From Bacteroidales bacterium (GTDB taxonomy: Bacteria > Bacteroidota > Bacteroidia > Bacteroidales > UBA932): a stretch of DNA of 64,000 nt. The translations under genes were made by a program, and so were the position numbers. The stretch lies in contig JAFZKT010000072.1 of NCBI GenBank assembly GCA_017553545.1, positions 3,690 through 67,689 on the forward strand, in the 5' to 3' direction. Shown here piece by piece: positions 29,454-38,970 of the stretch. Each line of letters starts with the position of its first letter. The first letter of the stretch is position 1. Below the pieces are notes generated by a model that worked only from the letters and a program-made list of their open reading frames with translations, was not told the origin of the DNA and searched no databases.

Positions 29454-29663
29454 GATGCGGCGGGTAGGGAGATGTGTCCGGGGGGCTCCGCTCCGTCATG
29501 TCCGGCGTGACCGGGCATCTCCTTCGCTCCGTCCCTCACACCGTCTCCTGCGTCCTTTTGTCGTCCTTCGTCCTTCAAAAGAACTTGTATCCGGCGGGCC
29601 CCTCCCTCTATATGTGTCCGAGGGTGGACACACCCCCGGACACCTCTCCCTACCTGCTGCATC
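29454..29663. mobile_element. About 210-bp MITE-like or structured-RNA element with 31-bp terminal inverted repeats
   Basis: 29454-29484 vs 29633-29663 match at 28/31. Internal REP-like arm GTCATGTCCGGCGTGACCGGGCATCTCC and hairpin TGTGTCC-N6-GGACACA. Confidence 0.5.
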
Positions 29664-29849
29664 TATCTTGCTTAAAGCACACTCTTGGGCCTGTATTCCA
29701 TTATTTGTGCTTTACACTCCTTCGTGCACCCCCTTTAAAGCACATAATCGGATCTGGAAGTCAGATTGTGTGTTTTAGTCTGGAAGGGTTGATTGTTTTT
29801 TTCATTACCTTTGTAGATAAGAAATCATTAATTGGCGTCTCTTTTAGTT

Positions 29850-30461
29850 ATGAAACCTAAAGCAAATATCAATTTGCCTCAATGGGCAATTGCTGTCGGA
29901 ATCGTCGCTGTTATTGAAAGTATATCAATCGTTTTTAATTGGTTTGATTTTGGCTTTAACGTTGAGTGGGTTAGTTATGTCTCATTAGTTGGCGTAAGCC
30001 TGGAAACAGTGATTTGGGGTTTTATTATCTATGCGTTGTATAAGGCACAGAATATTTCTTCCTTCTTACTTATCATGCTGATTATTTCCAGGGTGCTTTT
30101 CTTTATTGACGATGGTTTCCTGGATGAGGATTTGATTCGATCCTATATTTTCTGGGGGATATGGCTGGTCGCATTGATTGGTATTATCGTTAGTTATTCC
30201 GGAGCTTTCAGGGGCTTTGCAATTACAGAAATTATTTGTGGGGGCGTGTTTTATGCTCTTGTATTTGTACTCATTCACTATGATTTTGGTCTTGATTTAG
30301 ACCTGAAATCAAACCGGTCGCCTATACTTGAGACGCTTATATGTGTCTTTTTCATTTACTTAATCTACTACCCCTATCACGCCCTGGCGGATGCTTTACG
30401 TGAAAACGGAGAGGAGGATGAAATCGTAATAGTTGACGAGGACTCGACTTCCAGTGATTAA
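29850..30461 (+). CDS. AT-rich orphan multi-pass membrane protein
   Basis: About 6 hydrophobic segments and an acidic tail; visibly lower GC than neighbours; own -7 box TACCTTTG at about 29806. Confidence 0.7.
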   Translation: MKPKANINLPQWAIAVGIVAVIESISIVFNWFDFGFNVEWVSYVSLVGVSLETVIWGFIIYALYKAQNISSFLLIMLIISRVLFFIDDGFLDEDLIRSYIFWGIWLVALIGIIVSYSGAFRGFAITEIICGGVFYALVFVLIHYDFGLDLDLKSNRSPILETLICVFFIYLIYYPYHALADALRENGEEDEIVIVDEDSTSSD

Positions 30462-30479
30462 TAACCCGTTACAGATAAC

Positions 30480-30513
30480 AATACGAGGTCACTGGAAACA
30501 GTGGCCTCGTATT
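30480..30513. terminator. Bidirectional intrinsic terminator
   Basis: AATACGAGGTCACTG-GAAA-CAGTGGCCTCGTATT hairpin between convergent genes, with A/T-rich flanks. Confidence 0.8.
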
Positions 30514-30532
30514 ATTTAATTGCCGGATTCCC

Positions 30533-31936
30533 CTACGCCGGCAGCGTATCCTGCCACTTCAGGATGGGGTTACGGGCGGCGGCGGTTTCGTCGGGGCGCG
30601 AGATGGGGGCGTTGTGGGGCGCGGCGTGCAGCAGCTCAGGATTCTGAGCGGCCTCGGCGGCGATCTGACGCATGACGGCGATGAAGGCGTCCAGCGTTTC
30701 CTTGCTCTCCGTTTCCGTGGGCTCGATCATGATGGCCTGATGGAACAGGAGCGGGAAATAGATGGTGGGCGCGTGGAAGCCGTAGTCCAGAAGCCGTTTG
30801 GCCACATCCAGCGTGGTGGCGCCGGGTACGTCGTCGTGGGCGCCGTCATTCAGCAGCCCGTCAAACACGAATTCGTGCTTGCAGACGCCCTCGATGGGCA
30901 ATTTGTACAGGTCCTTGAGGCTTTCCTTGATGTAGTTGGCGCTCAGGACGGAGTACTGCCCTACCTTGCGCAAATTCTCGCGGCCGATACTCAAGATATA
31001 AGCATAGGCCCGCAGAATCACGCCGAAGTTGCCGTGGAAACCGGACACTTTCAGACCGTCCAGGCAGTGTTCCAAATGCTTGGCGACACCCACCGGACCG
31101 CTGCCGGGACCGCCTCCGCCATGCGGCGTGGAGAAGGTCTTGTGCAGGTTCAGGTGCATGATGTCGAATCCCATGTTGCCGGGACGGACCACGCCCATCA
31201 GCGGGTTCATGTTGGCGCCGTCGTAATAGAGCAGACCGCCGGCCTCATGAACGAGCTTGGCGATGGTCTTGATCTCCGTTTCAAAGAGTCCTAACGTATT
31301 GGGATTGGTCATCATAATACCCGCCACGGAGCTGTCCAGCAGCGGTTTCAGGGCCTCGATGTCAATGCGGCCGTTCTCCAGGGATTTCACCTGCACCACT
31401 TCCAGACCGCAGACGGCGGCCGATGCGGGATTGGTGCCGTGGGCGCTGTCCGGGACGATGACCTTCGTGCGGCCCAGGTCTCCCCTGCCGATGTGATATG
31501 AACGCATGATCATCAGGCCCGTGAGTTCACCGTGCGCACCCGCGCAGGGGGCGAAGGTGAACTTGTGCATGCCCGTGATAGCGGAGAGAAGGTCATTCAT
31601 ATGGGCCAGCACCTTCTCCGCGGCGGGAGCATCCTGCAGCGGATGCAGGGCGTTGAAGCCGGGCAGGGCGGCCATTTCCTCGTTGATCTTGGGGTTGTAC
31701 TTCATGGTGCAGGACCCCAGCGGATAGAAGCCGGTATCCACCCCGAAGTTCATCTGGGAAAGGTTGTTGTAGTGTCGCACGACATCGGGTTCCGATACTT
31801 CCGGAAGCGGCAGGGCCGATGCTCTACGCAGCTGAAGCGGAAGTTCCGGTGACTGCGGGAACTGATTCTTGGGTAAGGAATAACCCTTGCGGCCTTCCTT
31901 GGAGAGTTCGAAGATGAGTTTGTCGTAGTACTTCAT
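30533..31936 (-). CDS. gcvPB: Glycine dehydrogenase subunit 2
   Basis: PLGSCTMKYNP, SAHGTNPASA, HLNLHKTFSTPHGGGGPG, IEPTETES. Confidence 0.95.
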   Translation of the reverse strand: MKYYDKLIFELSKEGRKGYSLPKNQFPQSPELPLQLRRASALPLPEVSEPDVVRHYNNLSQMNFGVDTGFYPLGSCTMKYNPKINEEMAALPGFNALHPLQDAPAAEKVLAHMNDLLSAITGMHKFTFAPCAGAHGELTGLMIMRSYHIGRGDLGRTKVIVPDSAHGTNPASAAVCGLEVVQVKSLENGRIDIEALKPLLDSSVAGIMMTNPNTLGLFETEIKTIAKLVHEAGGLLYYDGANMNPLMGVVRPGNMGFDIMHLNLHKTFSTPHGGGGPGSGPVGVAKHLEHCLDGLKVSGFHGNFGVILRAYAYILSIGRENLRKVGQYSVLSANYIKESLKDLYKLPIEGVCKHEFVFDGLLNDGAHDDVPGATTLDVAKRLLDYGFHAPTIYFPLLFHQAIMIEPTETESKETLDAFIAVMRQIAAEAAQNPELLHAAPHNAPISRPDETAAARNPILKWQDTLPA

Positions 31937-31939
31937 AGC

Positions 31940-33256
31940 CTATCCCTCCTTGATTGCTGCTACAAGGGCGTCGATATCCGCCTTGGAGCGCTTTTCAGTT
32001 ACACAGAAACTCACGTATCCTTCCTCCGTGGGAAGGGCGGCGAAAAAGCCTGCCTTGGCCAGCTTTTCCTGCAGACCGCTCACCCTGCTCTTCAGGACGA
32101 ATTCCTTCAGGAACGGTTTCCCGGGGAATACTTCCTCGAAGAGGCCCGTCTTCAGCAGTTCGCCATACAGGTAGTGGGCGCCGTCAGACGAAAGATTATT
32201 CACCTCCCGGAGCCCGTCAGGACCCATCAGGGACAGGTAAATGGTTACCCACAAGGCCATCAGGCTCTCGTTGGAGCAGATGTTGGACGTGGCTTTTTCA
32301 CGTTTGATATGCTGCTCGCGGGCCTGGAGGGTCAGGACGAACGCTCTTCGTCCGGAGGCGTCCGCGGTCTGGCCGATGATACGGCCCGGCATCTTGCGCA
32401 TATGGTCCTTCCTGACGGCCATAAAGCCCACATACGGGCCGCCGTAGCAGAGCGGAATGCCCAGCGGCTGGGCGTCGCCTACGGCGATATCGGCCTCCCA
32501 TTCGGCGGGAGTCTTGACTACCGCCAGGGCCGAAGGATCGCAGTATTCGACGAGCAGGCCCTTTTCCGCGTGGATGGCCTCCGCAAAGCCCGAATGGTCT
32601 TCCACGATGCCGTAGCGGTTCACCGAAGGCACAATCACGCCTGCGACGTCATCTTTCGCGAGTTCCGCCTGCAGGGCTGCGAGAGAGGTCTCCCCACCGT
32701 CGGCCGGAAGAAGGCCGATCTCCACTCCGTGGAACTTCGCGTAGGTCTGCACCACCTTCACTACGTGCGGAAGCAGGGTGGCCGACAGCAGCACGCGCGT
32801 TTTCCTGCGGGTGCATTCCACGGCCATCATCATGGCTTCGGCCGCGGCGGTGGGACCGTCGTACAGCGAGGCGTTGGAAACGTCCAGCCCCGTGAGGGCG
32901 CAGATGAGGCTCTGATATTCAAAGATATAGCGCAGCGTACCCTGCGAAATCTCGCACTGGTAGGGCGTGTAGGCCGTGATGAATTCCGAACGCTGGGTGA
33001 GGTACGGAATCACGGCCGGGGTGTAATGGTCGTACGCCCCTTGCCCGACGAAAACCTTCAGGCGGGGGGTCTGTGCGTCCAGCCCCTGCAGCCACTCCCG
33101 GAGTTCCTGCTCCGAAAGGGCTTCGGGAAGGTCATACTCTCCCCTGTGCAGGAATTCCTGCGGTACGTCGCTGTACAGGTCTTCCAGGGTTTTCAGCCCG
33201 ACCTTTTCCAGCATCGCGCGGATATCGGCCTCTGTATGAGGAAGATAAGCGGCCAT
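31940..33256 (-). CDS. gcvPA: Glycine dehydrogenase subunit 1
   Basis: TAYTPYQ.EISQG, NASLYDG, LQAREQHIKREKATSNICSN. Confidence 0.95.
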   Translation of the reverse strand: MAAYLPHTEADIRAMLEKVGLKTLEDLYSDVPQEFLHRGEYDLPEALSEQELREWLQGLDAQTPRLKVFVGQGAYDHYTPAVIPYLTQRSEFITAYTPYQCEISQGTLRYIFEYQSLICALTGLDVSNASLYDGPTAAAEAMMMAVECTRRKTRVLLSATLLPHVVKVVQTYAKFHGVEIGLLPADGGETSLAALQAELAKDDVAGVIVPSVNRYGIVEDHSGFAEAIHAEKGLLVEYCDPSALAVVKTPAEWEADIAVGDAQPLGIPLCYGGPYVGFMAVRKDHMRKMPGRIIGQTADASGRRAFVLTLQAREQHIKREKATSNICSNESLMALWVTIYLSLMGPDGLREVNNLSSDGAHYLYGELLKTGLFEEVFPGKPFLKEFVLKSRVSGLQEKLAKAGFFAALPTEEGYVSFCVTEKRSKADIDALVAAIKEG

Positions 33257-33257
33257 A

Positions 33258-33638
33258 TTACTCCTTGATATAGGCTTTGTAGGCGGCGGCGTCCATCAGG
33301 GCGTCCAGGTCTGCGGGATTGGACATCTCCACCTTGATGATCCAGGCGGCGTAGGCGTCTTCGTTCACGGCCTCCGGCGTATCCTCCAGGGCGGCGTTCA
33401 CGGCCACCACCACGCCCGAGACGGGGCTGATGAGGTCCGATGCGGCCTTCACGCTCTCCAGGGCGCCGAATTCTTCACCGGCGATTACGTCGTCCCCTTC
33501 TTCCGGGAGATCCACGTAGGTGATGTCGCCCATTTCCTTCTGGGCATAGTCCGACACGCCCACCAGGGCCACGTTACCCTCCACTTTCACCCATTCGTGC
33601 GACTCGGAGTATTTGAGTCCTTCCAAAATCTTAGACAT
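33258..33638 (-). CDS. gcvH: Glycine cleavage system H protein
   Basis: YSESHEWV; lipoyl-lysine motif ESVKAASD. Confidence 0.95.
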   Translation of the reverse strand: MSKILEGLKYSESHEWVKVEGNVALVGVSDYAQKEMGDITYVDLPEEGDDVIAGEEFGALESVKAASDLISPVSGVVVAVNAALEDTPEAVNEDAYAAWIIKVEMSNPADLDALMDAAAYKAYIKE

Positions 33639-33643
33639 AGCGA

Positions 33644-34744
33644 TTACTTTTTATAGTTTGTTTGATAAAATCTCTTTTTGACCACCTTTCCGGGGAAGGT
33701 CTTCTTGCGGATGCCGATGTAAAGCGGGGTATCCAGGGCGCTGTATTCTTTATTTACCAGAGCGAAGCAGATGCTCTTGTCCAGGGAAATGGAATGATAG
33801 CCGGTGGTGACCACGCCCACCTGGGTGCCGTCTTCCAGCAGGACGGGATAGCCGTTGCGCGGAATGGCCTTGTCCTCGATTTCAATGCCCACGAGCTTCC
33901 GGGCCAGGTTTCCGGCCTTCTGGTCCGCCAGGGCGTCCCGGCCGATGAAATCCTTCTCCAGCTTGCAGAACATGCTCAATCCCGCCATTACGGGGCTGAT
34001 TTCCGGGCTCAATTCGTCTCCGTACAGCGGAAGGCCTGCCTCAAAGCGCAGGGTGTCCCGGCAGCCCAGGCCGCAGGGAACTACGCCCGCCTTGAGGAGT
34101 CTGTCCCAGATCTCCACGGTGTTTTCATTGGTAGTATAGAGCTCGAAGCCGTCTTCTCCGGTATAGCCGGTGCGGCTGAGGATGAGACGCTCCCCTTTGT
34201 ATTCTACGTCACAGAAGGTGTAGAATGCCAAATCCGCCGCTTCTTTATAGCCCAGAACCTCGATGACGGCTTTTTCCGCCTCAGGGCCCTGCACGGCGAT
34301 TTGGCCGATGCGGTCCGACGCGTTGTCCAGCCGGACTTCGTAGCCCTTGGACTGTTCCTGAATCCAGGCAAAATCTTTATCCACGTTGGCGGCGTTCACC
34401 ACCAGCAGGAAATGGTCCGCCAGGTATTCGCGATATACCAGAAGATCATCCACCGTGCCGCCGTCCGGATAACACATCATCCCGTAGAGCACCTTTCCGG
34501 GCTCATAGCCGCGGATATCACCCGTAAAGATGTGGTTGATGAAGGCTTCCGCCTGAGGACCCTTCACGAAGATTTCTCCCATGTGGGAGACGTCGAACAT
34601 TCCCACGTGCTGACGGACGGCCAGATGTTCTTCCACGATGCCGCTGTACTGGATGGGCATCATAAAGCCCGCGAAGGGGCTCATCTTGGCACCCAGCGCC
34701 ACGTGCGCATTATATAGGCAAGTAGTTTTCAACTGCTCTTCCAT
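33644..34744 (-). CDS. gcvT: Glycine cleavage system aminomethyltransferase T
   Basis: FDVSHMGE, SRTGYTGEDGFE, GLGCRDTLRFEAG. Confidence 0.95.
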   Translation of the reverse strand: MEEQLKTTCLYNAHVALGAKMSPFAGFMMPIQYSGIVEEHLAVRQHVGMFDVSHMGEIFVKGPQAEAFINHIFTGDIRGYEPGKVLYGMMCYPDGGTVDDLLVYREYLADHFLLVVNAANVDKDFAWIQEQSKGYEVRLDNASDRIGQIAVQGPEAEKAVIEVLGYKEAADLAFYTFCDVEYKGERLILSRTGYTGEDGFELYTTNENTVEIWDRLLKAGVVPCGLGCRDTLRFEAGLPLYGDELSPEISPVMAGLSMFCKLEKDFIGRDALADQKAGNLARKLVGIEIEDKAIPRNGYPVLLEDGTQVGVVTTGYHSISLDKSICFALVNKEYSALDTPLYIGIRKKTFPGKVVKKRFYQTNYKK

Positions 34745-34754
34745 AGTTTAAGCG

Positions 34755-35453
34755 TTACTTTAAGTGTGTGGTTATAAACTTGTATAATTCAATGTTGGTT
34801 TCCTTGTTAATGGCCTGGTCTTCCGGCGTGGCGCAGCAGGCTTCCGGGGCCATTTCCCCGCAAATATCCACAGCTATCACTTCCACCGTTCCGTCCAGGA
34901 GCCGGCTCAGGATTCTTTTTACCTGTTTCAGCGTGTGCGTGCCCTGGCTCCAGCCCGTGCGCGCATAGGGCGCATCCAGGATGTCCTTGTCCAGCGATAC
35001 ATACACGCGCTCTTCCCTTCTTTCTGCCAGCCAGCCTGCCGGAATGGCTTCTGGATAGCCCTCAGGGCCGATTTTTAGCACATCCTCCAGCGCCGGCTGC
35101 TCCGCCTGAAGGGCCTTTACCCAGCCTCCGCAGCTGAGGATGCCTCCAAAAGCCGCCTCTTGGTCGTCCGGATGATGGTCCAGCAACACCAGATGGAAAG
35201 GCTCCGTTTCCCTCAACGCCAGCAGATAACTCATATAATGATAGTCTCCGCTGTCTATCCACCTGAGGCGCGGCAACTGCTCCGGAAGCTCCGCCAGGAT
35301 TTGCTCCCTGGCCGGCCCGTCACAGTAGCAGTGCGTACCCTCTAATCCCTTCCAATCACGGTACTCCAGGCTTGTCCCCTGTTCCCGTAACCACGGGAGA
35401 AATCCCTGCGCTTCCAGGGCCCCGGAAAAGTCTGTGACAAGGACGTCTTTCAT
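34755..35453 (-). CDS. Short arginase/ureohydrolase-family protein
   Basis: DSGDYHY, LDHHPD, SCGGWV, YVSLDKDIL, DICGE. Confidence 0.75.
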   Translation of the reverse strand: MKDVLVTDFSGALEAQGFLPWLREQGTSLEYRDWKGLEGTHCYCDGPAREQILAELPEQLPRLRWIDSGDYHYMSYLLALRETEPFHLVLLDHHPDDQEAAFGGILSCGGWVKALQAEQPALEDVLKIGPEGYPEAIPAGWLAERREERVYVSLDKDILDAPYARTGWSQGTHTLKQVKRILSRLLDGTVEVIAVDICGEMAPEACCATPEDQAINKETNIELYKFITTHLK

Positions 35454-35678
35454 CACTCAAAGATAGCATTTTTTATGATAGGAAGCAAGCGGAATCACCC
35501 CTTTCTTCCAAAAAGAAGGACAAAAAATTATCTGTTTTATAAATATCTGAAATACAATTTATAAAACTAATATGTTTAATGTAGTAACATATTTGTTAAT
35601 ATCGTAATTCGATATATTTTAAGCCTTTATTACGGGTTGTTTTATTCGGCTTTTGCAGTTTTTTCTTACCTTTGTAAT

Positions 35679-37700
35679 ATGAATTCTACATTCCCGGTAT
35701 CCACTCCACTTATGGTTGTCTGGGCCATTGTCCTGCTGCTTGTCACGGCCCTTTTCGTTCACTCGCTCATCCTTCTGAACAGGAAGGGGAAACGCAAGGC
35801 CATCGTCGCCATCTTTACGCTGCTCCTTTTTGCCGGCGCGGCCATCCACATGGTGCTGCTCACCCAGTCCAAACATACGGTGACGGATGGAAACTGGATC
35901 CAACTGGGGCTGGTTTCGCTGGTGGCCTCCCTGGAAATGTTCATCGCACAGACCTCCATCTTTGACGATATTTTCGCGGCAGTCATTTTCCATGAGCCCG
36001 CCATCCTCCTCGCCTACATAAGCGTCTTCGTCCTTATCATCGCCTTCACCCTGAGCATGGTGCTGCTCATCATGCCGCGCCGCCTGAGGGACCGAACCTG
36101 GCTGCGGATGAATGCCGGAAAGGCCCGCAGGCCCCGTAAAAACCATATTTTCCTTGGGCTCGATCCCCGTTCCAGGGCATTTGCCAAGGCTATTCTGCAG
36201 GGCTGGGACGCCAAACCCGACAAGAACACGCAAGGTGATGTCATTTTGGTGGAGTTCCCTGACGGAGACCATCACAAGCAGGAACTCTCCATCGGCGAAC
36301 TCATCTCCAATATTTTCGGCAGGCAGAAGGAACAGTCCCTTGAAAAGCAGCTCGGCAGTGACCGCTTCGTCCTGCTGAAAGGCCGATTGCCGAACGGACT
36401 TCCCAAACTGGATCCCTGGCTGCAGAACTCCCAGACCACGGTCTACCTGCTTTCCAGTGATGAAGAGCAGAACGTAGCCCTGCTGAAACTGCTGGCAACG
36501 AACGCCTCCGTCAAGGCTAAAATCCTCTGCTACAGCCATCAGGTGAACAGTTACACCTCGCTGATGGCCGCCATGGGAGACCGCGTCCGCATCCTGAACC
36601 TCCCGGAAATGTCCTTTGGTGAAATAAAGCAGAATCATCCCGAACTGCATCCCATCCGCTTTGCCGATATTGCCCGAAACAAGGCAGGAGAGCCCCTGGG
36701 CTATGTAAAGTCGGGATTCACCTCCATGGTCATCGGCTTTGGTGAAACGGGCCAGGAAGCCCTGCGCTACATTTATGAGTTCGGTTCCTTCATCGGCGAG
36801 GACCTTCAGCCCGTCCCGAACACTTTCAAGGTCTATGATCCATTGATAGAAACGCTTAAGGGCGATTTCCTGAACCGGACGCCCGCCCTCAGGTACAAGG
36901 CCAACATCGAGTGGTCGCCTGCCACCATCGGGATGTCGCAGTTCTGGTTGGATTATGCGATGGCGCTCCCCTCCCTCACCTACGTGGTGATTTCGGTTGG
37001 AAGCTGTGAAAGGAACGTGGAAATCGGCGTCCAGTTGCTGCAGGAAGCCGCCCGCTTCCGGAAAGACCTCTCGCACCTGTGCATCCTGCTGGGCGCCGGC
37101 GACGCCGATGCCCAGATGCTCCAGCTCATAGACTTCTACAACCGCAGCTACTGCCCGGATGGCGTTTCCGTCCTGCATCCCTTCGGCCTGCCGGACAGGA
37201 TTTGGAACCTGGACGTAATCAGCGGCAAGAGCCTGAAAAAACGCGTCCTGTCCGTCCCCGGTGCTGCCAAACGCTGGGAGGAACGCAGCCGCGAAATCCG
37301 TTCCCGCGGCGGAAACGAGCTGCTGAACCGGCAGGAGCTGATGCGCAAGCAGGCCGGAGAAATCGGCCGCAGCCTTTTTGCTCCCACCTTATGCCTCCTG
37401 TGTCCCGAACGCCTGCGCCCTCTGGCGGAAGAGATTCCCGAAGAGCCCAAAGGTTCCGTCCATTTCAAGGGGACCAAGGCAGATTATAAGATAATGGAAT
37501 ACCTCGCCGCCGGCGAACATCTGCACTGGATGACATCGTTGGAAGCCGCCGGATACATAGACGGTGCCGGTATTCAGGATGAACTGAACAAGAAAGTGGT
37601 GGGGATGGTCCCCTACCAGGCCCTCCCGGACGAAAACGCCCGCCACCTGTGCTGGCTGGGCCTGAAGGAAGCGCTGCTGTCCTGGAATCAAGTGAAATGA
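35679..37700 (+). CDS. Membrane protein with RCK/TrkA-N-like domains and C-terminal RyR domain (channel-like)
   Basis: N-terminal TM helices with a short re-entrant-like helix; Rossmann VIGFGETG; RyR-like LAAGEHLHW...GY...D...VPYQALP. Confidence 0.65.
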   Translation: MNSTFPVSTPLMVVWAIVLLLVTALFVHSLILLNRKGKRKAIVAIFTLLLFAGAAIHMVLLTQSKHTVTDGNWIQLGLVSLVASLEMFIAQTSIFDDIFAAVIFHEPAILLAYISVFVLIIAFTLSMVLLIMPRRLRDRTWLRMNAGKARRPRKNHIFLGLDPRSRAFAKAILQGWDAKPDKNTQGDVILVEFPDGDHHKQELSIGELISNIFGRQKEQSLEKQLGSDRFVLLKGRLPNGLPKLDPWLQNSQTTVYLLSSDEEQNVALLKLLATNASVKAKILCYSHQVNSYTSLMAAMGDRVRILNLPEMSFGEIKQNHPELHPIRFADIARNKAGEPLGYVKSGFTSMVIGFGETGQEALRYIYEFGSFIGEDLQPVPNTFKVYDPLIETLKGDFLNRTPALRYKANIEWSPATIGMSQFWLDYAMALPSLTYVVISVGSCERNVEIGVQLLQEAARFRKDLSHLCILLGAGDADAQMLQLIDFYNRSYCPDGVSVLHPFGLPDRIWNLDVISGKSLKKRVLSVPGAAKRWEERSREIRSRGGNELLNRQELMRKQAGEIGRSLFAPTLCLLCPERLRPLAEEIPEEPKGSVHFKGTKADYKIMEYLAAGEHLHWMTSLEAAGYIDGAGIQDELNKKVVGMVPYQALPDENARHLCWLGLKEALLSWNQVK

Positions 37701-38275
37701 GCGACTACGAATCCCTGAAATCCCTCTGTGAGCGGCGGAGGAGTTACCGGCAGTTCATCCCGGATGATGCCTTGAGCGCCGACGAGGTGCAGAAAATCCT
37801 GGATCTGGCCGCTCACTCCCCTTTTGCCTCCGGCCGCAAGAACTGGAAGATTGCTGTGGTGACGGACAAGGCGGTGATATCGGCCCTGGCCCGGCAAGTG
37901 CGGGAAGATGCGCAGGCGCTGGCGCAGAAAATGGAAGAGGAGCCTGCGGGTTTCTTCCTGAACTACGCCAGGAGTTTCACCTTCTTTGAAGATGCCCCGG
38001 CTCTCTTTATCCCCTACTGCCGGGAGAGCGCCACAATGAAAAGCCTGCTCCGGGAAAGTGCCACACAGGATATCTTGCAGTGGGACCGCGACAACCTCAC
38101 CAAATCCCTCTCCTGCGTGGCCATGCTCATCCTGCTGGCCGCGGAAAGTCTGAACTTAGGCGCCTGTTATATGACAGGGCCCCTGCTGGCAGGAAAAAGC
38201 CTTAACAGGGTATTAAGTCTTCCGGAGAACACCCTTTTGGGCGCCATCGTTCCGGTGGGCCACAAAAAGGATTAA
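37697..38275 (+). CDS. Nitroreductase family protein
   Basis: RRSYRQF, SPFASGRKNW, ILLAAESLNLGACYMTG, IVPVGH; ATGA overlap with the upstream gene. Confidence 0.85.
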   Translation: MSDYESLKSLCERRRSYRQFIPDDALSADEVQKILDLAAHSPFASGRKNWKIAVVTDKAVISALARQVREDAQALAQKMEEEPAGFFLNYARSFTFFEDAPALFIPYCRESATMKSLLRESATQDILQWDRDNLTKSLSCVAMLILLAAESLNLGACYMTGPLLAGKSLNRVLSLPENTLLGAIVPVGHKKD

Positions 38276-38970
38276 AGCCCAAGCCAATAACCGCCGTCCA
38301 CATGCAGGACGGCGCCGTTGATGTAGCGGGAATCCTCGCTGCAGAGGAACGCGACGGCCGCGGCCACGTCTTCTGGCGTGCCGAAGGTATGGCTGGCATT
38401 CACCTCCTGAAGGTCGTCCCGGCCCGTCCGGATGATGAGTTTCTGCATGGATCCGCTGTTGATGCTGCCGGGTGCCACGCAGTTGCAGCGGAGGCCCTTC
38501 TTGGCGTATTCGGCCGCCAGACCCTTCGTAAAGGCCTCCAGATAAGCCTTGGAGCCGCCGTAGACGCTTTGCCCGCGATAGACCTTGGTGGCAGTGGCCG
38601 ATGAAATATTCACGATAACACCGCAGCGTTTGAGGCACATCCGGGGAATGACTGCCTTGCAAAGGAGCGTCGCGGCCAGCACGTTCACCTGCAGCATCCG
38701 CTCAATCTCTTCGTCCTCCATCTGCGGCAGCAGGCCCGTGGAAGTGAGCGCGGCGGCGTTCACCAGGATTTCCACATCGTCCTGGAGGGCCGAAATAAAC
38801 CGCTCCAGGTCCTCCCGCTTGGAGAAATCGGCCTGCACCAGCTCCGCTCCTTCATATGCGGGCGCGTGCGCATTATACTGCAGCAGCATAGGCTTCCCCA
38901 TCGCGGAGAGCCTGCGGGCGATGGCCAGTCCAATCTCTGAACTGGCGCCGGTGATGACTATCTTTCCCAT
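38272..38970 (-). CDS. FabG-like ketoreductase (SDR)
   Basis: TGASSEIG, VNAA, NISS, YGGSK, NCVAPG, YINGAVLHVDGG. Confidence 0.85.
   Translation of the reverse strand: MGKIVITGASSEIGLAIARRLSAMGKPMLLQYNAHAPAYEGAELVQADFSKREDLERFISALQDDVEILVNAAALTSTGLLPQMEDEEIERMLQVNVLAATLLCKAVIPRMCLKRCGVIVNISSATATKVYRGQSVYGGSKAYLEAFTKGLAAEYAKKGLRCNCVAPGSINSGSMQKLIIRTGRDDLQEVNASHTFGTPEDVAAAVAFLCSEDSRYINGAVLHVDGGYWLGL

Noticed and set aside
29135-29860. Overlapping 100-160 aa ORFs in the repeat region
   Set aside because: Translations of GC-rich repeats, with no promoter or start context and no protein motifs
34745-35678. Glycine riboswitch upstream of gcvT
   Set aside because: Only a 10-bp gap before gcvT, and no aptamer-like motifs in the AT-rich upstream region
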